From the NCBI GenBank assembly GCA_030704615.1, contig CM060732.1, positions 77,066,001 to 77,130,000 on the forward strand: a stretch of DNA of 64,000 bases, in the 5' to 3' direction. The notes beneath the pieces were generated by a model. The model did not search any database. It was given only the letters and a program-made list of their open reading frames with translations, and was not told the DNA's origin. Position numbers and translations under genes: made by a program. Position 1 is the first letter of the stretch. Each line of letters opens with the position of its first letter. This document shows, one piece after another, positions 37,108 through 49,396 of this stretch. This DNA comes from Takakia lepidozioides. Its lineage: Eukaryota; Plantae; Bryophyta.

Positions 37108-38584
37108 TAGGGAATTCCAAAAAGGCCTTGATGTGAAATACATCGCAATTCACTTGATCACCCCCCCTAAAAGTGCGCAATTCAATTGAAATGTCTTTGC
37201 AATTCAATTGAACTGCTAAAACTAGCTTGAAAACAACCCTAATGTGCAATTCAATTGAATTGCCAATTCGCAATATATAATTTAACTTATTTTTTTAAAT
37301 ATAATGTATATACATGTGTGTATATATATATTCAAATTATACATATACGCATAAAAAAATGTAAGCTGAAAATATATGTTGCCGGTCTATTCTTGTTGCC
37401 CGTCTATCTATCTTTGCCCGTGGTAAGGCTTGAGCACGAGATAAGCCTAAGGAAGAGCGAGAGAGGGAGAGAGAGAGAGAGAGAGAGAGAGGAAGTCACG
37501 AAGCGCTTGCCCTAAAAGCGGGATTGTCCCTCTTTGTGGATGTTGGTGCCAATATATGGCTATGTACATATACCAAACATGATACCAATGTAAGAGTATC
37601 AATGTATAAGAGTTTGATATATTAAACTTGTATGGAACACACATCCCAACTTCAACATGGTACCTTTGTAAGGGTATTGAAACAATATTATTTTTGATAA
37701 TTCTCAAGATGAACAGATCATTTGTTTTCTTTGGGGTTGTGTCGTGGCCAGATACTAGTCTTAGGGGACTACATGATGAGCTAGAGAGGGAGAGAGATCA
37801 ACAACTTCCTGTGATTCACTGGCAAAAAAAACATGGTTGGCTCTGAATGAAACAGACAAAATTAAACCTGACAATTGTTGACAGGCTTTCCCTGTATCAT
37901 CATATAGTCCCCTGACAGTAGTATCTGGCCCCACGACACAACCCCAAAGAAAACAAATGATCTGTTCATCTTGAGAATTATCAAAAATAATATTGTTTCA
38001 ATACCCTTACAAAGGTATCATGTTGAAGTTGGGATGTGTGTTCCATACACGTTTAATATATCAAACTCTTATACGTTGATACTCTTAATTGGTATCATGT
38101 TTGGTATATGTACATAGCCATATATTGGCACCAACATCCACAAAGAAGGACAATCCCGCTTTTAGGGCAAGCGCTTTGTGACTTGCTCTCTCGCTCTCCC
38201 TTAGGCTTATCTCGTGCTCATGCCTTACCTTGGGCAAAGATAGACAGACGGGCAACAAGAATAGACCGGCAACATGTATTTTCAGCTTATATTTTTGTAT
38301 GCATATATGTATAATTTGAATATATACATATATATACATGTATATACATTATATACAGAAATAAGTTAAAAATTATATATTACAATTCAATTGAATTGCC
38401 AATTCGCAATTCAATTGAACTGTGTGCCGACAATTGAATTGAATTGCAAATTAGGGTTGTTTTCAAGCTAGTTTTAGCAGTTCAATTGAATTGCAAGGAC
38501 ATTTCAATTGAATTAGGCACTTTTAGGGGGGTGATCAAGTGAATTGCGATGCATTTCACATCAAGGCCTTTTTGGAATTCTCTA
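37108..38584. mobile_element. 1477-bp non-coding foldback element (two ~670-700 bp inverted arms) with 6-bp TSD CCTGGT
   Basis: 37108-~37790 is the reverse complement of ~37890-38584 along its whole length. Termini TAGGGAATTCC / GGAATTCTCTA. CCTGGT at 37102-37107 and 38585-38590. Confidence 0.9.
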
Positions 38585-38769
38585 CCTGGTGGTTGCTCTG
38601 CCGTCCTCTATGCATAATTGGCCATCCCTGCCCCATTCTGTCTGCCGAATCGGCAGTAGACCCTGGGTGGCCGATTTGGCCTGACAATTAGTCTCAAAAG
38701 TGGCAGAATACTCCACACATGCATTTAAGATGGTGCAGGAACTTCTGAGAGTGATAGAGAGGGAGAAGC

Positions 38770-40756
38770 ATGAAGTTGGTCGCGGGTTCATACGAGAGAT
38801 TCTTGTGGGGATGGCAAGTGAAGGAGAAGAAGCAGCATCTGGAATGGACCTTCTCGTACCCTGCACACCAGGGGCCCATCAAATGCGTGGCTGCTTGCGG
38901 GGCGGTGGTGGCGACGGGGGGATCGGATGACACCATCAAGGTCTTTGATCTGAATGCTCAGAAAGATATGGGGTCCCTCTACAAGCACACTGGGGCCGTG
39001 ACGTGCCTCGCGTTTCATGGACCGCGGGGTAACCCTAATTCCATGGCTAACCACCCAACGCACCTGTTCAGCGGGTCCGAGGACGGCACAATCGGCATAT
39101 GGGACACTGATGCGTGGATTCATCTTGCAGAGATGAAGACGAAGAAGGGGTCTAAGAGTGTAGTGAATGATTTGACAATTCATTCTTCGGGAATGGTGGC
39201 CTTCTCCGTGGAGAGGGGCGGTCACATGAGGATGTGGAATCTTAGCAAGGCTCGGTGTATCTTTACGACAAAATTAGCATCAGAAGCATCGATTGTCAAG
39301 TTTGCACCACAGGCTGGCGAGACTTACTCTTTGGTGAGAGGAGCACACGTGGAGATTCGTAATGCTGAGAGTGGAGTTGTGCTTCAAACTCTTGAACATG
39401 CCAGACGTGTGTTCTGCGTAGCCCAACAACAGGTATGTCCCTCGCACATGTAGGTTTGGCGAATCACTGTAGTGTTGGTAAATTATGCTTAGCATCTGAT
39501 TGCCTGAGAGAGTGAAACACGTATTCATGTTACAATTGTGGGCTTCAAACAGGACAATATGTTGGTCACTGGAGGGGAAGATTGCACTGTGAGGGCCTGG
39601 GACACCCGAACAGGGAAACTGGCATGGTCAGTTGCCAGTGCCCATTCGAATCGAATCAGAGGACTTGCTGTCCTGGGATCCAGTCCGGGGACAGATGAAG
39701 AATCTGCTGGACTTCCGAATCTTGTAGCTTCTGCGTCAACTGACGGGATGGTGCGGGTGTGGGATGCTCGCATGGTGGACAGTTCCGAGGGAGGGGCAAC
39801 GCCTGCTCCAGTTATGGAAGCAGAGACTAAAGCCCGACTCACCTGCCTCGTAAGCTGTGGGGCTGCTAAGAGTGAGTTTGCAAATCTCGTCATCTGCAAA
39901 CTTTATTTTTGTGCTTTGCATGTCTGTCTGCTGTAGTTTTAAGCCACCTCCTTTTTTCCATATACTACCCTTCTTCTCTCAGAATACATCAGATATTAGC
40001 AAAGGAGTGGTATTATTTTGACGTGAAGATTGTGCTTTGATTGCAGAATCTGCCCTAGCTATATCTGGGACAGTCAAGGAAGAGCAGGGTGTTTCATTGG
40101 AAGAATTGTCATCCCCCAGGGCACTGCCTATACAGCTGTCAAGCAAGCAAAAACGGAAGATGATTTCAGATAGTGCTCTTGTCAAGGAATTTACAGATGG
40201 GCACCCTCACAAACAAGTGAAGGCAAACACAGAAAAGAATTTAGCAAGTCAAGGTTGTGCCAAGATCACAAAATCTGCAGTCAAGCAGGTTGTGTCGTTG
40301 GAGCAGCTGTCATCCCCTCGGGTGCTACATCCGCAGCTATCAAGCAAACAGAGAAGGAAGAAGAAAAGTGCAATTTCAGATGGTGCTGTTGCCAAACAAC
40401 TGGCAGATGGGCGCCCCCACAAACGTGTGAAGCCAAAAACAGAATGGAACTTAGCAACTCAAGATTTTGCTTTGACCACAGAATCCTTACCAACTGCATC
40501 TGGGACAGTCGAGGAAGAGAAGGGCGTGTCATTGGAACAACAGCCATCTCCCAGGCCGCTGCCTACGCAACTATCAAGCAAACATAAAAGGAAGAAGCAA
40601 AGTGTGATTTCAGATGGTGCTGTTGTCAAACAACTGACAGATGGGCGCCCCCACAAGCAAATGAAGCCGAACACCGAAAGGAAGTCAGCAACAAAGCCAA
40701 TTGGCAATACAAAGTCACCAAAGAGAAGACTACATGTCAATCCACGGAAGAGTTAG
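38770..40756 (+). CDS. PAK1IP1/MAK11-like nucleolar WD40 protein (60S biogenesis). Exons 38770-39432, 39553-39871, 40047-40756
   Basis: Diagnostic start MKLVAGSYERFLWG, WD40s (AHQGPIKCVA..ATGGSDDTIKVFDL; HSNRIRGL..VASASTDGMVRVWD; ARLTCL) and a Lys-rich tail. In-phase GT-AG introns. Confidence 0.88.
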
Positions 40757-43678
40757 GAGCATTGCGCAGGGGATGTCTGGTACCCACTACTGCCCCCGTC
40801 AGGCTACTCAAATGTATTGTATGTAGACATACCTAACCAACCTGCATGCCATACAGGCTATTGGCACTACAACGGGATGCGGTCTCTACATCAAAGATGA
40901 CGAAGAATCTACTCAGCACATTCTATACCCTGCATTTTCTAAGGGTTGGGTGATCTTGCAGTCCTTTCTTCCGATTGTTTTGTCATATCTGTCTGTAGTT
41001 GAGTAATTCCTCTAATTCCAGCACAGGGGCTCTCTTTTGTGGTGGGTCTTGTCTTGCAAGCACTCTGGCAGATGTGCGAGTTTTCTGTGTGTTTTTCCCA
41101 CCTGTCAACATTTAAGCACAACCGCAGTGGCTGTGAGTGATGCCTGCTTCATAGTATTAGATCTCAGGAATGAGACTGTCCACATTTGAACTCATGCTCT
41201 GACTGTATTACAATTCACGCTTGGGTTTAGAGCTGTTTGCTACCAGCAGGAATCAAAACAGATGGCAGGACACGAATCCTACTGTCTAGAGTGTACAGTG
41301 ATATTGAAATTTGTAATTCAAGCAGCAATTCAAAACCCAGCTTCAGTTCATCAACTTGAATGATACGACCTGTCTGACCGCTTAAAGTGGCCCATTTGTC
41401 TCCTGTGACAGTCTTCACCTCATGGCTGTGGGAGCCGAGGTAGCCTGCTATTTTGAAAGCCAAACCAAGCCAGCTCATGTAGCCTGTCGATTTCAATGTC
41501 CCATGGCGAAATCCGGAAAACTGAGCCCTGGTCCTAAGAGGCAGATTGTGATACCTGAAGGGTCAGTAGCACAGACAATGCTCTCATTATTAAAGCCACA
41601 TCCAAGCTACGACACCATTGCAAGAATTTCTACGTAGTATGTGCCATGTGAAGGATGAAAAGTGCATAAGCACCAAGCAAGATTTCAAAACGGACATAGT
41701 TCCCCGTTATTCATGGTAGATGATCTAACGAAGGCTGAAAACAGAACTGACAGCAAAAAGATACACCGTGTTCCCTTTCGTTACAAGTCCTGCATGCTGA
41801 ATTAGGGAGAGAGAGTAAGTGAGCAGAGTTGCAGGGGCCAGCAGCTCCAGTTGCTGTTACGTGGAGATGAGGCAGCAAAGTTGGATTGCATACATTTTTG
41901 AAGCACGAGCAAATTTGGGAAACTCTCCCCTTTTGAAATACTATCTGATCGGTAAAAGCGAGATGCAACAAAGAAGACAGATGGGCAGAAACAAGATGAA
42001 TCACACACGACGTGCTCCAGGGGTGCGTTGGTGACCTTCGATATAGACATTGTTGGACAACTCGACTTTTGTTTGTGCGCGGAGATGCACGACAGGGTTG
42101 GTCTGCGCTGAGAAGAGCCTTTTGCATTTCCACTTTCAGTAGCTGGAGTTTTCTTCATGAAGATAGAGTCACAGTGCTTTTCCGTGACAAAGCTATGGCA
42201 AACAAGTGTTTCAGTTTTTGAGTATTCTAGAATCTAAAATCTCATGGGACTGCAAAGAATCAATCGAGGGAGAGCAGTTGAGAACTTGAGGTACCCCTCG
42301 CAGAATCGTGCAGAGGACCGTCGATGCTAGGGAAAAGAGAAAAAAAAAATCAAGAAGCGTGGTGTGGGGGCAGCCACAGTAATTTGAGCTCGGGGTGTTC
42401 CCCATACCAGGCTCCGTGCTGGCCCTGGGGAAACAGCAGGCCAGTGTTCTGGTCGCGATATATTGGGCTCCCTTAATTCTACTTATCGAGGTATAATTGG
42501 CGATTACCTCCGTGCTGCATTGGTGTTGTGGTGACAAATTGCATTAAAAAATTGAGGAGATTTAGGCTGAACGGAGAATCTGATTGTCTGGGCATATGGA
42601 GGAGCACGCAGTTTGCATTGCATGGTATGGGGGAGGAGAAGAAGGAATTTGATCTCTTTGTCACCGAGGTGAGGTGAGAGGCTGGCAGTTGCTTTTGGGT
42701 CCGATCAGGACGGCCCCAGGGACGCCTCTTCGTGTCATGAAGAACTGACACGAAGAACCTTGGGGGTTTGTTGTGATCACTGCCACACAGCTACCAAGTT
42801 CATCTCGAGATAATTTTGAAGATGGGGTTTGTTTCTTGTGGGAAGTTCTGGTGAAGTGATGTTGTATCCTCTGATTTCATGTCCAATCTTTATGTGATCT
42901 GTACCCTTGTTCCCTGCCCATACAACACCGTGTGACCAGAGAGATTTGTTGGAAAACCACTGGCGTGTGGTCGGGCTAGGGATTGAGCCTAGGACCTCCC
43001 CCAAGCGATGGGGTGCTCTACCCGTCTCCTTCTGTTCTCAGGTTCTGTTCTCAGAGTGCCGTGCAAGGGCTATAGCCTTCACACCTCCAACAAGACTAGG
43101 GCTTTGCGTTGCTCCGCACTCTAGCGACGAATTCTGAGAACTACATTCAATTTTCACAAAAAGGACGGGGTCATCCCTATGGTCACCCCGTGTTTCATTG
43201 TTTCGCGCAAGAAGAATGTTGCTGAAGCTATCATGTCACATCTCAGCATTTCCTTGTTTGATTATATTTCCGTGGTTTGTGGTGGATTTTCAAACCTGTA
43301 ATGCACACAAGCAAGACGCCACAAAGTGGAGAAATGCAACTCAGGCAAGAAGAGCCTTATCGCAACAAAGGTGTAGGCTTAGCTTACAGCAATATCTTGT
43401 AGCCGAAGCCACCTCTGGAGCCACAGCCAAACATCAAATCAAAACTACATAAGAAGAAGGCCTCTGACATGAAGCTACTTGGATAACACGATGAAGAGAA
43501 AAAGATCCGGATCTGAAAGTCAGAGCAAAGGATGGCGGATCTTGATTACTCCATAAGCACCAAAGGGGCGTTAAATCAGTTCTTGGATACATGTATTTCA
43601 GCTGCATTGTGTTGAGTGTAACTTACAGTTTGGCCCAAAGGCTTACATACTGATGGGCATGGTCCTTTCATGGAATAG

Positions 43679-45540
43679 GTAGCAAGATGGCTGAAGAAAA
43701 CACAAATCCAAGAGTTGACTTTATGTGCAACACTAATGCGACGTGGTGGACAGCATGCACATACATTTGAAACCTACACAAAACTTGGCAACTTCAGGTC
43801 AACCAGTCACACACACTTGCTGCTTCTTCTGAAGTAGAGATGGTTGCTGAATGACTGACAATTTGCACATCCACAGACATGGATCCAAGTGATAGATCCC
43901 TCAGAGGTCATTGCAAGGGAGACTGTTGAAAACCTTTGCAGAAACTTACAGCCAGACACAGAAAGGCTCAACCTGCTTATTTCGAGTCCTGGGCATGTGC
44001 ATGGTATGAGATGGTAGGTTCAATAAGCTAGTCGACAAGCTCACAAAACTTACTCTGGAGATAAGCAACCTACTATAAGGGTGTGATTTCTATGTAATTG
44101 AGCTGCACTAATAAAAATCCATTTATGAGGATAGCATTGCTATAGATTTTAACTGTGCTGTGTCAACAAAACATGTCTAATCTCTCCCTCCATGTGGAGC
44201 TACAACAGTGGGAGGATGCATTCGCCATGAAAAGGCTTCATCCTGATGATGTCACACTCCCATATGCTCAGTGGCTCATCCACCATGACCGCTTTGACTC
44301 TGCCTGCCGTGCCTTTTCTCATGCAGGCCGGCCTGATTTGTCAGTGCGCCTGCTCAAACAGCTCATGCTACATGCAGTACGGACTCTCATACCATGTTTG
44401 TTGATGGTCCAAAACTCGTTGCACACATTGGCAGCTCTGTAAATTGTTTCTTATTCACTTCCTGAGTGTTGAACTGTGCCGTCTGCAGCCACTTGCAATA
44501 GCATATAGCTCTCACCAACAGACAAAAGTCCCCGTGGACTGGGGAGGAAGCGGGTGAAAGAGAAGAGATCTAAGGATGCAGCACAAATGTGCAGGTCGCT
44601 GGCATTGGAAGTCCTCATGCAGGCTGCTTCAAAAGACAATGCACCAGAGAAGGAACAGAGGAAGTACAAAGATAACTGTACCATTAATGAACAGGCAGAC
44701 ATCTATTATGCGTACTCCTTTGTAGATCAGTCTTTAAATGAGCCCTTTCGAACAACAATGCCTGAGACGTTACAGTGAAGAGCTTGGTGAGTTCTCTATG
44801 TCCTCATTGGGATCTCTTCAACTAATCCATTGGTTCCAACTGCTTTTCTAGATGTACTCAAATGGTTGCTCAAGTATTCTACAATCAATATGGTTCCTTG
44901 TCCGTTTGATCTACTAAAGTAGACTTGAACCTTTTTAACTTATTATATCTTCATTTCAACAACTTTGTGTATGTCATTTGTTGGAGTACTCCTTAGCTTG
45001 ACCATGGCCATGTAGTTGTACTTTCTCCTAGGAACACAGGCAGCATCCTTTATGCTACTAAGCTCTATGTTCAAGACTTGGAGCTTGTACTGAATCTGCA
45101 AGAATCACCTCTGATCACAACCATGCAACAACCTGAATTATTGACGGCACTTACAGCACTGGGTTGGCTAGCAAAAGTTTAAACACCAATCAAGTGACAG
45201 GATCAGCTGAGAAAGTGACAGACTGACATTCTGTTGCATGCAGGCTGTTATAAAGTAGCACAGTATACCTACGGGCGCTTGCAGGGTCTACAGGCGCCAG
45301 ATAGCTGGGTTGACAAACTGGAGGTGGCTGCATTGACAGTGCGAGGGAAAGCCGGAGGTGGGGAGGATACCGGAACACATGTTGACATGCCTGTGTGCTA
45401 TGGTTGTTCCTCCCCACTCCCACTTCTCTCCTCAGCCAGTGAAGATGCCTGCAGTGTTTGCTTCCAGCCAGTGTTCCGATCCTTTCTCACCATGAAATTT
45501 CTCAGGTCCCCACTGATGGCGGGACGTGCCAGTGCACCCT
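43679..45540 (+). pseudogene. IFT122: Partial IFT122 (IFT-A subunit) gene: C-terminal solenoid and Zn-finger exons only
   Basis: VARWLKKTQIQELTLCATLMRR..ETYTKLGNF (43679-43797); LHVELQQWEDAF..LPYAQWLIHHDRFDSACRAFSHAGRP; ADIYYAYSFVDQSLNEPFRTTMPETL; YKVAQYTYGRLQ...PVCYGCSSPLPLL...CSVCFQPVFRSF. Colinear with IFT122. Some splice sites are degenerate and no N-terminal WD40 exons were seen. Confidence 0.8.
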
Positions 45541-45639
45541 GAAGACAATATCTGTTTTCTGCTCATCATCTCTGTTCAACAACTTCCAAAATCTCGAGAC
45601 TGAGCCTACCTTGATATAAACAATTAGGTGCCCACACGT

Positions 45640-47370
45640 CAGGTATTGGCAATCTCCCTTTCCTCTCTGCATCTGGAAATAAGTTCAGGGAAGTTCTATG
45701 CCCCACGTCCCTGCTGTGCATACCCTGCAAGCATCGCGCTCCACGACACCACGTCTCATTCAGCCATATTGTTGAAAACTGCCTTTGCATCCTTAATGCG
45801 CACCCACATTTGGCCTACATGTCCACCAGGGCAGTGCTCAGAATGACATCTGGTACAATTCGAGCTTTGACGATGTCACCATGGACCTCTTTCCCCTTTT
45901 CCAGGGCTGCCAGGCTTGCACAAGCATTGCAAACGCACACAGAACGTGATGTGGACTTCACCCCTTCCCCCATCATTTGCTCATAGGTCTCCAAGGCCTC
46001 CATCCCACGCCCCTGATGTGCATATCGTGCAAGCATGGCGTTCCATGACACCAAATTGTTCAGAATCACATCTGGTACAATTGCAGATTTGGTGATGCAA
46101 CCATGCACCTTTTTGCCCTTTCCAGGGTGCCAGGCTTGCACATGCACTGCTCTGCAATCACTTCTCTCGATTGTGGATTGAGATCTCCAAGCCAATCATC
46201 CAACTCACTTGGATTCTGCCAGAGAGTTTTACTTAGTCAAATGAGTGAATATCATGAACAAAAAACTGTCAAATGTTTCTCCCATTTAAAAATCATTTGA
46301 GTGCAAACTCAGGGTAACCCCAAACTCTAAAATCGATGTAATAAAATCGAGTTTCCACCAATCAATCCAAGGCTTAGGCAATAGATAACCATGGGAAATT
46401 TGCAGCCAAAGCTTTCTTGAAGAGTAATGATGGTCATGTGGCAATTGACAAATCTGCTCACAGCTTTCACAAAATTTACAGAACACAAAAAAGGTGCATT
46501 GCATACAATGATAAGATACACAAGATCTGTAACACAACACACAAACGTTATGTGGTCGGGCTTCACCCCTTCCCCCATCATTTGCTCATAGGTCTCCAAA
46601 GCCTCCATCCCGCCTCCATCCCGCGCCCCTGCTGTGCATACCCTGCAAGCATCGCGCTCCACGGCACCACATCTCGTTCAGCCACAGTGTTGAACACTCC
46701 ATTGGCATCCTCGGTGCACCCACATTTGGCATACATGTCCACCAGGGCAGTGTTCAGAATGACATCTGGTAATCTGACAGGCATTCACCTTTTTGCCTCG
46801 GTTGTCATCCTGCCAACATTATATTCCGCGTGATCAAAGATCGTTGAGGCATTCTGTTGAACACTTGGTGAGCATCCATGATGCTCCCACGCTTAACATA
46901 CATGTTGACAAGGGTGTTGAGTAGAAAAACATTTGGCGTGAATCCACTTTGGATAATGTGAGTGTGCACCTGCTTTCCAGCTTCCAGACCTTCCATCTTG
47001 ATGCACTTAAGCAAGTGACAGACATACGTATCTGAATCTGCTGCAATGCCTCCTTGGTTTAAAGTCTGTAGAGCCTCTGTCAGCCCGCCTGCCGCTCAAA
47101 GCATCTTCACATGCCCAGAAGTGCCAGAAGAGGCATTGTGGACATGGTTGAGGTGCCTGATTTTATCAACTATGCCGCTGCAGCTGCTGCCTTTAGTTGA
47201 CCATCTACTCATGCAGGTTTGTTGTAGCTGTTGATCCACAGGGAATCACATGTAATCTGGAGCTTGAAATCTGCCCCTCTTAGATGAATCTGGACCCACA
47301 CTCTATCCCTGCTCCTCCATGCCTCTGCACAAATCATGCATACATCCTTGCCTTGCTGCTAGCAGCTGAC
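45640..47370 (-). pseudogene. PLS-class pentatricopeptide repeat gene remnant, frameshifted and internally duplicated
   Basis: LEAGKQVHTHIIQSGFTPNVFLLNTLVNMYVKRGSIMDAHQVFNRM, NTALVDMYAKCGCTEDANGVFNTVAERDVVPWSAMLAGYAQQG, ACASLAALEKGKEVHGDIVK. No E/DYW domain seen. Confidence 0.88.
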
Positions 47371-48045
47371 AATGACAGCCTAGATTAGTGACACTGACGC
47401 CGTGAAGTTCTTCGATCCAGCAAACACCCCAACCCTACTCATTACAGTAGGTCCAATTCTGAATTGCATCTGCTTCTCTCTGTAGTCCAACAGGCATTCA
47501 CCTTTTTGTCTCCATTGTCCCACCATTGACTGGGGTCAGAAAAGTGTTCATTCCAAAGCTTCTCCTCATCTCTGTTATCTGGTTTACTCCAAACCACCAC
47601 AGATCCACCCAACGAGCTAACTTACAGAATTCAATATGCAAATTCAGGGCCGAGTCTGATGAGAGGGCACAACAGGCTGAAATAGGTCGAAGAAGAAGGT
47701 GCTCTCACCACATTGTCCTCGACCTTGTGTCATGACGCTGGGAGGATTTGACCGACCATCAACCCAAAAGGACCTCTTGTGTGTGCTGCTTTCGTCTCAG
47801 TAGTCAGGTAATGTCGGATTGGTCTGTGAGAACCACCACGGTGCAGCTGAGCAGGCAGACATTGGCGGCCTACTAAGACCAAGCTGACTCTCCCAAGAAC
47901 CTTCTAAACATCAGGAAGAATACCAAATCATGGTACTAACAAGAGCCGAGAGCCCACATATGCAAGATGGACAAACTTCTTCACATCGTACATTAAGAAA
48001 AAGCCACACCTTGCAAGCTCCTGCTCATAATCTGCAAATGTCCCA

Positions 48046-48245
48046 TCTGCGATCGGTGTGAAACCCCTCCGCGCTCAAGCACGCGGGGACATCATCCCTT
48101 CCCTGCGCTGCAAGAGAACGGTTAGTTTCGGGCATCTCGGGCAGATTCCAGAAAATTTGATGACGATGACGTGGTGACGATGACGTGGCATTATGGCACC
48201 CTATACCTGCTCTACGCTACACCTTCGGTCGTCGCTAGAATTTCC
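48046..48245. repeat. Dispersed repeat (copy 2 of 12489-12978) with the minisatellite reduced to ~2 partial units
   Basis: Shares the flanks listed for copy 1, in the same orientation. Confidence 0.8.
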
Positions 48246-48513
48246 ACCATTTAGTCCCACTTTGCTTCATTCTGAATGGCCGCAGAAGAAAGAAACATGA
48301 GCGAAACCTGGTCGACAAACCTGGTCGACCAAGTTTCGACAGGTTTCACTCAAAATAGGTCGTATTTTGGGTTGTTCAGCCTAATGGTATGCTGTTGGGA
48401 GATTGTGTACTGGATTGATCATATATCCTGTCTTGAGGAAGCCCGTCGATATTGCATCCCCTATATTTGCCTTTTTCGGTGAGACACTGCAGAGAGAGGC
48501 TATACTCGCATTA

Positions 48514-49028
48514 GGAAGATAATAGGAATAATGTAAGAACTTAATGGACGCATGTGATCTGACAGTACTTTCGCCGGATTTCGGCAACGTGGGCTCCACC
48601 GGCAGGGGCCCCTGTCAAATCCTCCCCACCCCATATTACCTCGGTTTCACTATTAAATACTTATGAATCCGAGTGAGTAGCAAGCTGTGGTGGGTAGCAT
48701 GATGGTAAGGTGATAGCAATGGAGGCGATGAGGTTCCAGGTTCATGGGAGGCTGTGGCAGTGTAACCTTGGTTGATATAACCCCCCACTTGGTGTAACCC
48801 CAGTTGATGTAACCTTCCACTTGGTGTAACCCTATGTAACCCCGATTTCTCATGTAACTCTGGTTGGTCCATTTTATACTTAGTCAAATTTCGAGATCAA
48901 GTGTGGGTTACACTGACTGGAGTTACACTCTGGAGGGTGGGGAAGATTTGACATGCGGAAACCGGCATACCATCCTGTCAGAGGTTGCACGTGTGCATTA
49001 AGTTCTTACATTATTCCTATTATCTTCC
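48514..49028. mobile_element. Non-autonomous Mutator-like element (MULE-MITE), 515 bp
   Basis: TIR GGAAGATAATAGGAATAATGTAAGAACTTAATG and its exact complement at 48996-49028. 9-bp TSD CTCGCATTA / CTCACATTA. Inner inverted repeat TGTCAAATC.TCCCCACCC. Confidence 0.85.
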
Positions 49029-49224
49029 CTCACATTAAATGTTGCCATAGATCTATCTATGCACATATGGGACGAAGGAGGAGAAAGACTCTTGTGACGT
49101 CAACTGAAAGAGGATACTGTAAAGAACTATGGAACATGTAATTTGGGTTACTTTTGACAATGAGCATGGAGCCTCCAGCGTCACAGCAATTGTGCTTACT
49201 ATATGAGAACATGTCGCTCATGAT

Positions 49225-49396
49225 GGAGTTCTGTGCCTACAGGTGGAGTAAGAGTTTGACGAGTGGTGGAGGCCAGTGCAAGGGTGGGAAGATGGAAGAT
49301 AAGGGACTTGGAAATGGACAGTCCACAGTCATCGCTCAGGCAGCACTAATGGATGTGGATGACTATGACACTGTTGATGAGCTGAAGCTAAAGTGA
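49225..49396 (+). pseudogene. Possible SF3A3/PRP9 exon fragment
   Basis: VE*EFDEWW.PVQGWED...AQAALMDVDDYDTVDEL recalls plant SF3A3 (VESDFEEQ...IDLDYYSTVEEL). Short and degenerate. Confidence 0.35.

Noticed and set aside
37255-38339. Mirror-image ORFs on both strands
   Set aside because: These are by-products of the foldback inverted repeat and low-complexity sequence.
42960-43010. tRNA genes suggested by B-box-like motifs here, at 28820-28830 and at ~53400
   Set aside because: No cloverleaf could be built. They are more consistent with decayed SINE heads.
13815-45540. Functional clustering of the proto-coatomer relatives alpha-COP and IFT122
   Set aside because: IFT122 is only a decayed fragment 22 kb away among other gene debris, so the proximity is probably chance.
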